From Podarcis filfolensis (lineage: Eukaryota): a stretch of DNA of 64,000 bases. The position numbers and the translations under genes were made by a program. Each line of letters opens with the position of its first letter. The first letter of the stretch is position 1. The DNA lies in NCBI GenBank assembly GCA_964270895.1, contig OZ185450.1; one strand, 5' to 3'. The notes under the pieces were generated by a model. The model was not told the origin of the DNA and searched no databases. It saw only the letters and a program-made list of their open reading frames with translations. Positions 63,927 to 64,000 of this stretch are shown piece by piece.

Positions 63927-64000
63927 TTTTTTTCCTTCCAGTAGCACCTTAAAGACCAACTAAGTTAGTTCTTGGTATGAGCTTTCGTGTGCATGCACAC
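63927..64000 (-). mobile_element. Penelope element terminus running off the window edge
   Basis: ccagtagcaccttaaagaccaactaagttagttcttggtatgagctttcgtgtgcatgcacac. Confidence 0.7.

Noticed and set aside
1-64000. Intronic C/D or H/ACA snoRNA or miRNA
   Set aside because: Isolated TGATGA/CTGA words are present, but I found no paired boxes with a terminal stem. An Infernal/Rfam scan would be needed to exclude them formally.

Overview
This is eukaryotic (vertebrate) genomic DNA, not a prokaryotic window. The repeat content (Sauria SINE, RTE-BovB, CR1, L2, Penelope, TA-duplicating CAGTGGTACCT-ended MITEs) indicates a squamate reptile; a lacertid lizard is plausible but not provable here. Most of the window looks like introns of one minus-strand multi-exon gene. 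Four short exons with canonical GT-AG sites chain in consistent phase to a stop at 2621 (19403-19364, 11593-11565, 6911-6812, 2739-2621), giving ...PEDECSTQGFKKNGAGTHHEVVTPLLISCTGRKGVNETPVNWEKDNQASVSNHGSEVMLDDKLSSLIELELPLGPNPESCAVRQHLRDPCFEQSY*. I do not recognise this protein, so I give no symbol. Further upstream exon candidates (24-46 kb) are much less certain. The rest is a dense mosaic of decayed or non-autonomous transposons and microsatellites. Almost all ORFs in the supplied track are chance ORFs or TE remnants. I found no CRISPR array, rRNA, bona fide tRNA or intact transposase, and no convincing novel multi-gene system. The best leads concern splicing and 3'-end architecture and TE-borne regulatory motifs. 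Family names come from recalled consensus motifs, not from a database search.
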